A stretch of 64,000 nt of DNA, from IMG/VR virus record IMGVR_UViG_3300031416_000352, positions 6,245 through 70,244 of that record. The stretch is one strand, 5' to 3'. This DNA is from a virus (Duplodnaviria > Caudoviricetes). Positions 8,226-16,012 of the stretch are shown here, piece after piece (position 1 is the first letter of the stretch; the number at the start of each line of letters is the position of its first letter). Below the pieces are notes generated by a model that saw only the letters and a program-made list of their open reading frames with translations, searched no databases and was not told where the DNA came from. Made by a program: the position numbers and the translations under genes.

Positions 8226-8519
8226 TCAATTGAGACGCACATCGAACCGTGTATCTTCTGTTGGTCTGTAACCACCGAGCGCTAGCTGTGTGGCCTTGGT
8301 CACAGCGTTATGGAATGCCATTGCCTGGCTTTGGGCTTGTGTACTCAGTGGCACATCGCCGTCCTGGGCCGTCTGGTAGGCCTTGTAAGCTTTACTCATA
8401 GAGTCCTGGCTTGAAAACTGCTTCGCGAGGATGGTGGAAAACTTCTGTTCTGCAGCTGCAACGCCTTCAGAAGACATCTTCGTGGGTGCATCGCGGAGGG
8501 TGACATTGATGGCGGACAA
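8226..8519 (-). CDS. Hypothetical 97-aa protein, predicted LexA-regulated
   Basis: AAGGAG RBS; two SOS boxes immediately upstream; own terminator. Confidence 0.75.
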   Translation of the reverse strand: MSAINVTLRDAPTKMSSEGVAAAEQKFSTILAKQFSSQDSMSKAYKAYQTAQDGDVPLSTQAQSQAMAFHNAVTKATQLALGGYRPTEDTRFDVRLN

Positions 8520-8533
8520 GGCTTGCTCCTTTA

Positions 8534-8584
8534 CTGGTTAAAAACACAGTATCTAGGTTATCTAAATACTGTTGTTTTGTACAG
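8534..8584. promoter_or_regulatory. Two LexA (SOS) boxes
   Basis: taCTGgttaaaaacaCAGta (8534-8549) and taCTGttgttttgtaCAGta (8569-8584), both CTG-N10-CAG with AT-rich cores. Confidence 0.85.
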
Positions 8585-8589
8585 TAATT

Positions 8590-8763
8590 TCAACCAAAGA
8601 ACTTTTTCCAGAGCCAGTAGATCGCCCAAATGATGAGGGCTGTGAAGAACAAGTCCCCTATAGAGGCGTCACTTTCGCCCATCGCCTCATCGATACCGTA
8701 CTTGTCAGCCCAGGCGTGTGTCGTTAAAGCGAGATTAAGCAGCAGGGTAGCGAGGATGCGCAT
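8590..8763 (-). CDS. 57-aa exported/membrane protein (MRILATLLLNLALTTHAWA...IIWAIYWLWKKFFG)
   Basis: Manual translation; signal peptide ending AWA plus C-terminal TM helix; below the ORF-track cutoff. Confidence 0.7.
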   Translation of the reverse strand: MRILATLLLNLALTTHAWADKYGIDEAMGESDASIGDLFFTALIIWAIYWLWKKFFG

Positions 8764-8772
8764 GCTCGGCAG

Positions 8773-8895
8773 TCAATGGCAGTGTCGGGTTCCAGTGCGA
8801 CTGTCTACATGACAACCATTCTTGTCCGTGCCGCCCGAATGAGCGAACGTTCCAAAGCTGGCAACAGCCAAAACTAGCGCGAGGATAACCTTCAT
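8773..8895 (-). CDS. 40-aa secreted YHYH-domain-like peptide (MKVILALVLAVASFGTFAHSGGTDKNGCHVDSRTGTRHCH)
   Basis: Manual translation; GGAGG RBS; signal peptide then AHSGGTD.NGCH...TG..HCH motif. Confidence 0.8.
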   Translation of the reverse strand: MKVILALVLAVASFGTFAHSGGTDKNGCHVDSRTGTRHCH

Positions 8896-8932
8896 GAAAA
8901 CCTCCAAATGTTAATGGAGGTTACATTTTGAC

Positions 8933-9658
8933 CTAGCCATGCCTTAAAGTCCACCAGGCCTTCACACGACCGGCCACAGTGACCGTGTCGGCTGCCTTGA
9001 GCAGGTCAATCCGTTCCTCGTCAGGGAACTCTTCCACGTTGTCGCTCTTTAGAATGAGCGTGCCGTCCGACAAGATCAACGCCCGTTTCAGAAGGAAGCG
9101 CCCGTAGACGTCCACCACGTAGATTCCAGGAACGTCGATGGTGCGTTGATTGATGTCGACGAACACGAGGTCCTGATCGTGGATTGTGGGCAGCATGCTC
9201 TGCCCGCAGCCGGTGAGGATCTTGATCCGGTCATAGTCAACGCTGCCAACCTTTTGACGCACCCAACTTTCGAGAACGTCCAAATGACGAACGACGTGCA
9301 TCGGCTCTGCCAATGAGGTCCCCGGTCCCATGGAGGGTGTTGGGGAGAGGTGTTCAAGTCGCACGTAACCGTCAGGAAGCACTTCGCGCCTAGACAAGGG
9401 GATGCTCACCGGTGTAGCTGCAGCCTCATCCCGCGAGTCGAGATACCGTTCTGGCATACCGGTTGATGCCTCAAGGTTGCGCGCCTTCACTCCTCCAAAA
9501 GATTTGTCCTTCAACAAAGCTGAGATCTCCCCCTGGTTCAATCCGTGACGAGCAACGAAAGCAGCCTGCGAACCACCAAAGTGATCATCTATCCAACGTC
9601 GCAGACGGAGTCTGCGATTGGTTGCATCTTGGATTGCTGCGTCTGATCTTGTAGCCAT
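8933..9658 (-). CDS. cI: CI-like prophage repressor (HTH + S24 autopeptidase)
   Basis: HTH SQAAFVARHGLNQGEISALL; S24 motifs GQSMLPTIHDQDLVFVD and FLLKRA; start moved to ATG 9658 because the longer ORF overlaps cro. Confidence 0.93.
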   Translation of the reverse strand: MATRSDAAIQDATNRRLRLRRWIDDHFGGSQAAFVARHGLNQGEISALLKDKSFGGVKARNLEASTGMPERYLDSRDEAAATPVSIPLSRREVLPDGYVRLEHLSPTPSMGPGTSLAEPMHVVRHLDVLESWVRQKVGSVDYDRIKILTGCGQSMLPTIHDQDLVFVDINQRTIDVPGIYVVDVYGRFLLKRALILSDGTLILKSDNVEEFPDEERIDLLKAADTVTVAGRVKAWWTLRHG

Positions 9659-9671
9659 GCACTCATTCTCA

Positions 9672-9729
9672 ATTACTAAGAGGTAAATCACCAAAAGGAG
9701 TTGCTGATGCATTACTAAACAGTAATAAT
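9672..9729. promoter_or_regulatory. OR operators and pR promoter
   Basis: Three 16-bp sites: ATTACTaagaGGTAAA (9672), ATCACCaaaaGGAGTT (9687) and perfect ATTACTaaacAGTAAT (9711); -35 TTGCTG (9701), 17-nt spacer, -10 AATAAT (9724). Confidence 0.7.
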
Positions 9730-9734
9730 GCATC

Positions 9735-9989
9735 ATGGACAAACTCCTCAAGTACCTCAACAGTCTGAGCAAGACTGAACGAAGCGCATACGCCGCCGCG
9801 TGCAAGACGAGCGAGGGCTATTTGCGCAAAGCGATCAGCACTGGCCAACGAATCGGTGAGCGCTTGTGCATCGCTTTGGATCGCGAATCCGCTGGTGCCG
9901 TTCGCTGCGAGGACATCCGGCCCGACGTTGATTGGGCCTACCTGCGCGCGCAGGAACCAGACAACGACAAGGTGGGCACCAATGGGTGA
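9735..9989 (+). CDS. cro: Cro/YdaS-family HTH regulator
   Basis: Divergent from cI; AYAAACKTSEGYLRKAIS HTH and GAVRCEDIRPDVDWAYLR motif. Confidence 0.9.
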   Translation: MDKLLKYLNSLSKTERSAYAAACKTSEGYLRKAISTGQRIGERLCIALDRESAGAVRCEDIRPDVDWAYLRAQEPDNDKVGTNG

Positions 9990-10176
9990 CTCCATCCACA
10001 TCGACACATGTGCAGTGCACACCGGCGGCCGCTGCAACTGCGGCGAATCGCTCGCAGCACTCGTTGATTCCACACCAACACACGCGACCCGCGCCGGGCC
10101 ATCGCGCTCGACGCGCGGTGCGCTGCTGCTTGGCGCTGTCGTGCTGGTGCTCGCTGCAGTCTGGGCCTTCGCATGA
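9982..10176 (+). CDS. Small hypothetical membrane protein
   Basis: ATG overlaps cro end; H..TC...H..G.CNC N-terminus and C-terminal TM helix. Confidence 0.5.
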   Translation: MGDSIHIDTCAVHTGGRCNCGESLAALVDSTPTHATRAGPSRSTRGALLLGAVVLVLAAVWAFA

Positions 10177-10281
10177 ACACCAGCGCCAGCACCAGCCACC
10201 AAGCCGCGCACGCGCCGCGCCAGCGCCTGCCGCGCGCTCACCGAAATTTTGATAACCACTGCTTTTTGAAAGTGTCTTGCC

Positions 10282-10569
10282 ATGGCTGAAGTTTCTCAAG
10301 ACGTGCGTGAAAGCGCACGCAAGATCGAAACCCTTTTGCGCAACGCCCTTGCAGATATGGGCCAGGTCCGGGTCGCAGACAAGATGAACACATCCGAGTC
10401 AACGATTTCGCGCTTGAAGGACAGCAGCATAGAGAACTTTGCTCTCTTTATTGCAGCGCTGAATCTGAACATTGTGGGTAAGGATCAGGTCGTAATCACG
10501 AAATCTGACTTGCAGGCCTTGCGCCACCTTGCCGCGCGCGGCCTGCCCCAGATCGGCGGTGGCGCATGA
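10282..10569 (+). CDS. cII: CII-like transcription regulator
   Basis: ARKIETLLRNAL..GQVRVADKMNTSESTISRLK resembles lambda CII; canonical position after cro. Confidence 0.8.
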   Translation: MAEVSQDVRESARKIETLLRNALADMGQVRVADKMNTSESTISRLKDSSIENFALFIAALNLNIVGKDQVVITKSDLQALRHLAARGLPQIGGGA

Positions 10570-11285
10570 CAGCGATCACCACACCGGTGGCCGTGCCCAC
10601 CATGAGCAGCTGCGAGATAGCTGAGCTCACCGGCAAGCGCCATGCCGACGTGATGCGGGACATTCGCACGATGATGCTGGCGCTGGAGCAAAACGCAGAA
10701 TTGCGTTCTGTCTGTATTTCAAGCACTTACGCCGGCGAGAACGGTCAGGAATACCCCCAGTACCTGCTGGACAAGGACACCAGCCTCACCTTGCTGCTGG
10801 GCTATGACCCTGTGGCCCGCATGAAGGTGGTCAAGCGCTGGCAGGAGCTGGAGGCCCAGCAAGCACCGGCGGTGCCCCAGACGATGGCCCAGGCACTGCG
10901 CCTGGCCGCCGACCAAGCCGAGCAGATCGAGCAGCAGGCAGAGCAGCTGGCGCTGGCCGCGCCCAAGGTTGAATACGTGGATCGCTACGTGGCCGCCAAC
11001 GGCGCCAAGGGGTTTCGCCAGGTGGCGAAGCTGCTGCGCGCCAATGAGCACGAGTTTCGCGCCTGGCTGCAGGACCAGAAGATCATGTACCGCCTGGGCG
11101 GCGAGTGGGTTGCCTACCAGCAGCACATCGATGCCGGCCGCTTCGTTGTCCGCGCTGGTGTCGCCACCCGCAATGAGCACGCATTCAACGCTACTCGCTT
11201 CACCCCCAAGGGTGTGACCTGGGTGGCGGGGGAGTGGGGCAAGCACCTGGCCGCCAAGGCGCAGGGCTGCGAGGTGCACTCATGA
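10566..11285 (+). CDS. Phage antirepressor, Rha N-terminal + KilAC (ANT) C-terminal domains
   Basis: MSSCEIAELTGKRHADVMRDIR; PQTMAQALRLAAD; APKVEYVDRY; FTPKGVTWV. Confidence 0.92.
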   Translation: MTAITTPVAVPTMSSCEIAELTGKRHADVMRDIRTMMLALEQNAELRSVCISSTYAGENGQEYPQYLLDKDTSLTLLLGYDPVARMKVVKRWQELEAQQAPAVPQTMAQALRLAADQAEQIEQQAEQLALAAPKVEYVDRYVAANGAKGFRQVAKLLRANEHEFRAWLQDQKIMYRLGGEWVAYQQHIDAGRFVVRAGVATRNEHAFNATRFTPKGVTWVAGEWGKHLAAKAQGCEVHS

Positions 11286-12304
11286 GCCTGTCGCACTCCC
11301 TGGCAGACGTCGGCCGCGCGCTGGCGTACTACCCCAAGCTGTCCAAGTTCTTTGGCAGCATCAATTCGTCCATCTTCTTCACGCAGCTGCACTACTGGCA
11401 AAGCCGTGTCGACGACGAGAAGGGCGTCTACAAAAGCGCGGAGGAATGGACCGAGGAAACAGGCCTTTCCTACCGCGAGCAGGCCACCGCCCGCTCCAAC
11501 CTGGTCAAGCTGGGCTTCTTGAAAGAGACACACAAGCGCCTGCAGCACCGCATCTATTTCCGTCTGGATCTGGAGGCGGTGGACGTGGCTTTTGAGGCAT
11601 GGACGAAAACGCAATTCCCGAACGACGAAAACGCAATTCGGGAAATGCGGAATGCGCAGTTGGCGGAGAACGAAAACCGCAGTTCGCCGGGTGCGGAAAA
11701 CGCAGTTGGCGGAGCGACAAAAACGCAATCCGTTAATAAAGAAAAGATTACTGCAAAGAGTACTGCAGAGACTACTGCAAAGAGTTATTCGGCCCCACGT
11801 CGCAAGCGACGCGAAGCCGCCCCGAAGGATGAAGCTGCTGCGCCTGCTGCACCGATGGTTATCACGGCGCCGAACGGAACTGTGCACGAAATCCCTGGTG
11901 AGCTGCGCTATCCCGGCGAAGGCACCCGCTCGCACAAGACCTGGATCGCCTACGCGATTGCCTACCACGGCCGGTATGGCAGCTGGCCAATCTGGAACGG
12001 GACCGTGGGCGGCCAAATCGCCAACCTGATCGAGCGCATCGGCATTGAGCTGGCGCCCCGGGTTGCGATCCACTACGTGCGCCGCGTCAACGAGGAGTTC
12101 GTGGTCAAGCAGATGCACCCGGTCAAGCTGCTGCTGGCAGACGCCGAGAAGTGGGCCACTCAGTTCCATACCAACACCACGATGACCGGCACCCGTGCAA
12201 AGCAGGTCGACCAGTCCCAGTCGAACTACGACGCCGCTGCCGAGGCTGTGGCCATCATGCGCGCCAAGCGTGCAGAACGTGAAGCGCGAGGTGCTGCAGC
12301 ATGA
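11282..12304 (+). CDS. Phage replication initiator (O-like)
   Basis: N-terminal winged helix (YKSAEEWTEETGLSYREQATAR), ENA/KTQ-rich repetitive linker typical of the origin region; ATGA coupling to upstream gene. Confidence 0.8.
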   Translation: MSLSHSLADVGRALAYYPKLSKFFGSINSSIFFTQLHYWQSRVDDEKGVYKSAEEWTEETGLSYREQATARSNLVKLGFLKETHKRLQHRIYFRLDLEAVDVAFEAWTKTQFPNDENAIREMRNAQLAENENRSSPGAENAVGGATKTQSVNKEKITAKSTAETTAKSYSAPRRKRREAAPKDEAAAPAAPMVITAPNGTVHEIPGELRYPGEGTRSHKTWIAYAIAYHGRYGSWPIWNGTVGGQIANLIERIGIELAPRVAIHYVRRVNEEFVVKQMHPVKLLLADAEKWATQFHTNTTMTGTRAKQVDQSQSNYDAAAEAVAIMRAKRAEREARGAAA

Positions 12305-13095
12305 GCGATCAGCAGTTCTATGACCAGGACCGCGATGTCTGGCTGATTCAGGAGCTGATCGGCACCGCCGAGCTGCTGGGCCAGCAACTAAGCCCGAACG
12401 CTGCAGCGCTGATGGCCGAAGACCTCATGTGCTTCCCGCAACAGGTACTCAAGCGCGCATTGAGCCGCGTGAGGAACGAGCACACAGGGCGATTGACGCC
12501 CAAAGCGATCCTGGACCGCATCGATGATGCCGTGGGCCGGCCGACAGCCAACGAGGCATGGGCCATTGCGTCGTCGGCGCTGGACGAGCGCGCCACGGTG
12601 GTTTGGACCAACGAAATGATGGATGCATGGAGCGTGGCCCGTCCAGTGGCCCAGGCCGGCGACATGGTGGGTGGCCGCATGGCGTTCATCGCCGCCTACG
12701 AGCGGGTGGTGCGTTTCGCCCGCGAGGCAAAGACGTTGCCCACCGTCTCTGTGTCCATCGGCTGGGACGGCAGCATGCGCGATCCCGCGATCGAGAAGGC
12801 ACTGGCCCTGGGCTACATCACCCCTGAGCACGCAGCCCAGGAAATGTCCGTGGCCCTGCCTGCACCAGTTTTCAACCCAGTCGCCATGCTCACCGGTCGT
12901 GTGGAGGAGGGCAAAGGCGCACGCGAGGCGGCGCCAGAAGTTCGCGCCCGGCTGGCGCAGCTGCGCGATGAGGTGGCCGGCCGTGCTCGCCGCGCTGGCG
13001 CCGCTGAGCGCATGGAGCGCATGCGGGTGGCCCGTTACAAGCGCGAACTGGATGCGCGCGTGCAGCAGCGCCTGGCACAGGAGGGCAAGTCATGA
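12301..13095 (+). CDS. Phage replication accessory protein (putative helicase loader, P-like)
   Basis: LTPKAILDRID..GRPTANEAWA motif; directly follows the initiator. Confidence 0.6.
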   Translation: MSDQQFYDQDRDVWLIQELIGTAELLGQQLSPNAAALMAEDLMCFPQQVLKRALSRVRNEHTGRLTPKAILDRIDDAVGRPTANEAWAIASSALDERATVVWTNEMMDAWSVARPVAQAGDMVGGRMAFIAAYERVVRFAREAKTLPTVSVSIGWDGSMRDPAIEKALALGYITPEHAAQEMSVALPAPVFNPVAMLTGRVEEGKGAREAAPEVRARLAQLRDEVAGRARRAGAAERMERMRVARYKRELDARVQQRLAQEGKS

Positions 13096-13316
13096 CCACG
13101 CTTCCACGCCGCCAGCAGCAGGTGCTGGACTTCATGCGCGCATTCCACGCGGAAAACGACCAGCTGCCGCCAATGCCCGAAATCGCACGCCACTTCGGCT
13201 TTCGCTCGGCAAATTCAGCCGTGTGCCATGCCGCCGCCCTTGAGCGCAAAGGTTTCCTGGAGCGCAACAGCATCGGCAACCTGAGATTCACACGAGACAA
13301 GGCCCCCCAGCCATGA
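13092..13316 (+). CDS. LexA-type DNA-binding domain only protein
   Basis: LPRRQQQVLDFMRAF......PPMPEIARHFGFRSANSAVCHAAALERKGFL matches the LexA N-terminal winged HTH; no peptidase domain. Confidence 0.85.
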   Translation: MTTLPRRQQQVLDFMRAFHAENDQLPPMPEIARHFGFRSANSAVCHAAALERKGFLERNSIGNLRFTRDKAPQP

Positions 13317-13816
13317 GCAAAGAAATAACCTTGAATGAGATCCATGATCGTTGCGACGAGGTGGGTGACTGCTGGATCTGGAAGAACTCGGTCAGCAATG
13401 GCGGCTACCCGACGATGAAGCGGCACGGCGGCCCCTGCCTCTATGTGCGCCGCGTGGTGGCCACGTTGAAGGGCGATGAGCCCAAGCCCCGGCAGCCAGT
13501 CATCACCACTTGCGATGTGAGGCTGTGCTGTAACCCTGAACACGTCAAGACCTCCACCACCAAGAAGGTGGCACGGGCCGCCGCCAAGCGCGGGGCTTTT
13601 TCTTCACTGTCTCGGCGCATGAAGGTGGCCGCTGCCAAGCGGGCCAGCCCGTCGGCCAAGTTGACCATGCAGAAGGCCACCGAAATCCGGCAATCCACCA
13701 AGACCGGCAACGAACTGGCCAAGGAGTACGGCGTGAACCTGAGCGTTATCAAGGGCATCCGCCAAAACCGGATGTGGGTGGATTTTGGTGGCCCCTTTGC
13801 AGGACTTTTCAAATGA
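13313..13816 (+). CDS. HNH-like (His-Me) domain protein with C-terminal HTH
   Basis: CDEVGDCWIW...GGYP...TTCDVRLCCNPEH; C-terminal ELAKEYGVNLSVIKGIR. Confidence 0.65.
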   Translation: MSKEITLNEIHDRCDEVGDCWIWKNSVSNGGYPTMKRHGGPCLYVRRVVATLKGDEPKPRQPVITTCDVRLCCNPEHVKTSTTKKVARAAAKRGAFSSLSRRMKVAAAKRASPSAKLTMQKATEIRQSTKTGNELAKEYGVNLSVIKGIRQNRMWVDFGGPFAGLFK

Positions 13817-14265
13817 TTTTAGGCATAGACCCTGGTGCTGCAACCGGTGTGGCGATCTACAAGGCAGGCAAGCTGGCCGAGTTGCTGACCATTGAGCCGT
13901 ACCAGCTGGAACGCCACCTGCGTGGCTGGGCTTCTGCTGGTGTTGGCCGCGTCGTGTTTGAAGACAGCCGCTTGGAGAAACGACTGTGGAACGCCCGCCA
14001 AAAGGGGGCCTACGGTGCCGCCCTTGCAACGGCGCGCAGCGTGGGCCAGGTGGATGCATGGTGCACGCTGATTACAGCCATTTGCGGTGACATCGGTCTG
14101 CCGGCGCACGGTATCAGCCCCACAGCCAAGGGCGCCAAGGTGGACGCAGATGCCTTCGGCCGTATCTCCGGCTGGACCAAGCGCAGCAACCAGCACGAGC
14201 GTGACGCGGCCATGGTGGCCTGGCAGTACCGCAATGCCACAGCAGTAAAGGCGCCAGGCAAATGA
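13813..14265 (+). CDS. RuvC-like Holliday junction resolvase
   Basis: MILGIDPG, VVFED and HERDAA catalytic motifs. Confidence 0.8.
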   Translation: MILGIDPGAATGVAIYKAGKLAELLTIEPYQLERHLRGWASAGVGRVVFEDSRLEKRLWNARQKGAYGAALATARSVGQVDAWCTLITAICGDIGLPAHGISPTAKGAKVDADAFGRISGWTKRSNQHERDAAMVAWQYRNATAVKAPGK

Positions 14266-14504
14266 CCGAAAACCAGAAAACCATAGCTTGCGCTCTGGCC
14301 GCCTGCACGTTCTTTCCGGGCATCGGCACAAAGCGCTTCGCCGCGGATATGGCGCTGCGTGCCCTGGAGCAGACGCCAGCGCCGTTGACTGCCAAGCAGC
14401 ACCACTACCTGTGCACTGCAGCCATCCGGCACCGCCGCCAAATCACCGCTGCTGTTGTTGAGCTGGCGGAGCTGGAGTTGGCCGGGGAGGGCGACAAACC
14501 ATGA
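14262..14504 (+). CDS. Hypothetical phage protein
   Basis: ATGA-coupled 80-aa ORF; CTFFPGIGTKRFA...LTAKQ..YL. Confidence 0.7.
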   Translation: MTENQKTIACALAACTFFPGIGTKRFAADMALRALEQTPAPLTAKQHHYLCTAAIRHRRQITAAVVELAELELAGEGDKP

Positions 14505-15028
14505 TGCGTAGCTCTCCTATGAAACGCACCGGTTTCAACAGCCGTGCTCCCAGTGTGCCCCTGGTGCTCACCCGTGAGCAGCGCCTGGACGAACGTGCCC
14601 AGCGCGCCCTGCAGGGCGGATTGGCCCAGCCGTTGGCCCGCGTAGCCATGGCGATGTGCACGGCTCCTGTGGCTGCAGTGGTAAAGGAGCAGCCACTGCG
14701 TAGCGAGCCCTACCGCCGGCTGGTGGCAGCCCTGCCATGTGCCTGGTGCAGCATCGCGGGCTACAGCCAGCATGCGCACGAGAACGAGGGCAAGGGTGCC
14801 CGCCTCAAGGTGGATGACCGTCGTGGCATGCCGCTGTGCTGCGACCGGCCGGGCATTGAGGGGTGCCACGCAGCATTCGATCAGTACCGCCTGGTGCCCG
14901 GTGGCCGCCAGGCGCACATCGAGCTGGGCCGGGCCATGTCCCATCGCACACGTAAACAGATCATGGATGCTGGCCATTGGCCGGCTAAGGTGCCCCAGTG
15001 GCAGGAAGGAGGAAGCGATGCAAACTGA
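14501..15028 (+). CDS. DUF968/DUF1364-like Zn-binding nin-region protein
   Basis: RSEPYRRLVAALPCAWC...SQHAH....G...KVDD....PLC......GCH..FD. Confidence 0.75.
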   Translation: MMRSSPMKRTGFNSRAPSVPLVLTREQRLDERAQRALQGGLAQPLARVAMAMCTAPVAAVVKEQPLRSEPYRRLVAALPCAWCSIAGYSQHAHENEGKGARLKVDDRRGMPLCCDRPGIEGCHAAFDQYRLVPGGRQAHIELGRAMSHRTRKQIMDAGHWPAKVPQWQEGGSDAN

Positions 15029-15545
15029 GACGCAGGCCGATACGCCGACCAAGCCAATCCCGAGCACGATACGTGTGCTGGAGGCAGTGCGCGAACTGCG
15101 CGCCAAGGACCAGATCGCCACGCGAGAAACCGTGGCCGAGCTGACGGGGCTCAAGCTGTCGATTGTGGACGACCGCCTGAGCGCGCTGGTGGGCGACGTG
15201 AAGCTCAAGCGCCTGCTGCGGGGCGTCTATGAGCTGGTGGAGGAATACCCGCCGACGCGCAACATCAGCAAGACGATCCTGGACAGCGGCTACATCATGA
15301 TCGAGATTGCCGGCCGCGATGGCGCGCAGGACGTGGTGCTGCACCTGACGCCCAGCGAGGACCGCGCCCTTGCCATGCTGAGCGTGGGCGCCACGGGGCA
15401 AGCCATCCTCATCAACAGCACCAACCAGCACCTGTACCTGGCCACCGAGCTGGCGGCCCGGGTGGAGCGCCTGGAGCGCGAGAACAAGGCCATACGCGCG
15501 CAGCGATCGAACGCCAACCAGCAGCCGCTGGACCTGGAGACATAA
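15018..15545 (+). CDS. Winged-HTH protein upstream of terminase; candidate late-gene activator
   Basis: VLEAVRELRAKDQIATRETVAELTGLKLSIVDDRLSAL HTH and C-terminal coiled coil; GGAGGAAG RBS. Confidence 0.65.
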   Translation: MQTETQADTPTKPIPSTIRVLEAVRELRAKDQIATRETVAELTGLKLSIVDDRLSALVGDVKLKRLLRGVYELVEEYPPTRNISKTILDSGYIMIEIAGRDGAQDVVLHLTPSEDRALAMLSVGATGQAILINSTNQHLYLATELAARVERLERENKAIRAQRSNANQQPLDLET

Positions 15546-15548
15546 ATC

Positions 15549-15914
15549 ATGGATCACCGAGTAGTCATCTACACCAACGACATGGAGCCCATCACTGTGG
15601 TGGAGCTGACATCAGCAGCCCGCGAGCTGCTGATGCAACAGGGCCGTGTTCGCCTGGCAGTGATGCCCCCATTCCCGTCTTTTGACTACGACCCCCACGA
15701 GGCGCCATTCGACTGGCGCAAGTACGAAGTGGAGTTGTTTGTAGAGACGCTGTTGCGCCACGGGAAGGTACACAAGATGGTCTTCACCCACAACGAAGAA
15801 AGCGCGCTGCTGCTGAAAGCGGCATTCCTGCCCGGCCAGTATGGCGAGCTGGGTGAAGTACGCGCCAAGGCGATGGCAGATGGCTTCATAAAGGCGCTGG
15901 GAATGCTGGGCTGA
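15549..15914 (+). CDS. Hypothetical phage protein
   Basis: 121-aa ORF followed by a terminator at about 15936-15960. Confidence 0.7.
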   Translation: MDHRVVIYTNDMEPITVVELTSAARELLMQQGRVRLAVMPPFPSFDYDPHEAPFDWRKYEVELFVETLLRHGKVHKMVFTHNEESALLLKAAFLPGQYGELGEVRAKAMADGFIKALGMLG

Positions 15915-15968
15915 ACGCCCTTACCACCAACTACAGGCCGCCCTCGGGCGGTTTTCTTTCGCGCCCAG

Positions 15969-16012
15969 CATAGGGTTAGACCAAACGTGCGCGCGGGCCA
16001 ACACTGGCGCGC
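15969..16012 (+). promoter_or_regulatory. Late promoter 1 (terS), predicted leaderless
   Basis: CATAGGGTT (15969-15977), 22 nt, AACACT (16000-16005), 7 nt, ATG; no SD. Confidence 0.75.
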
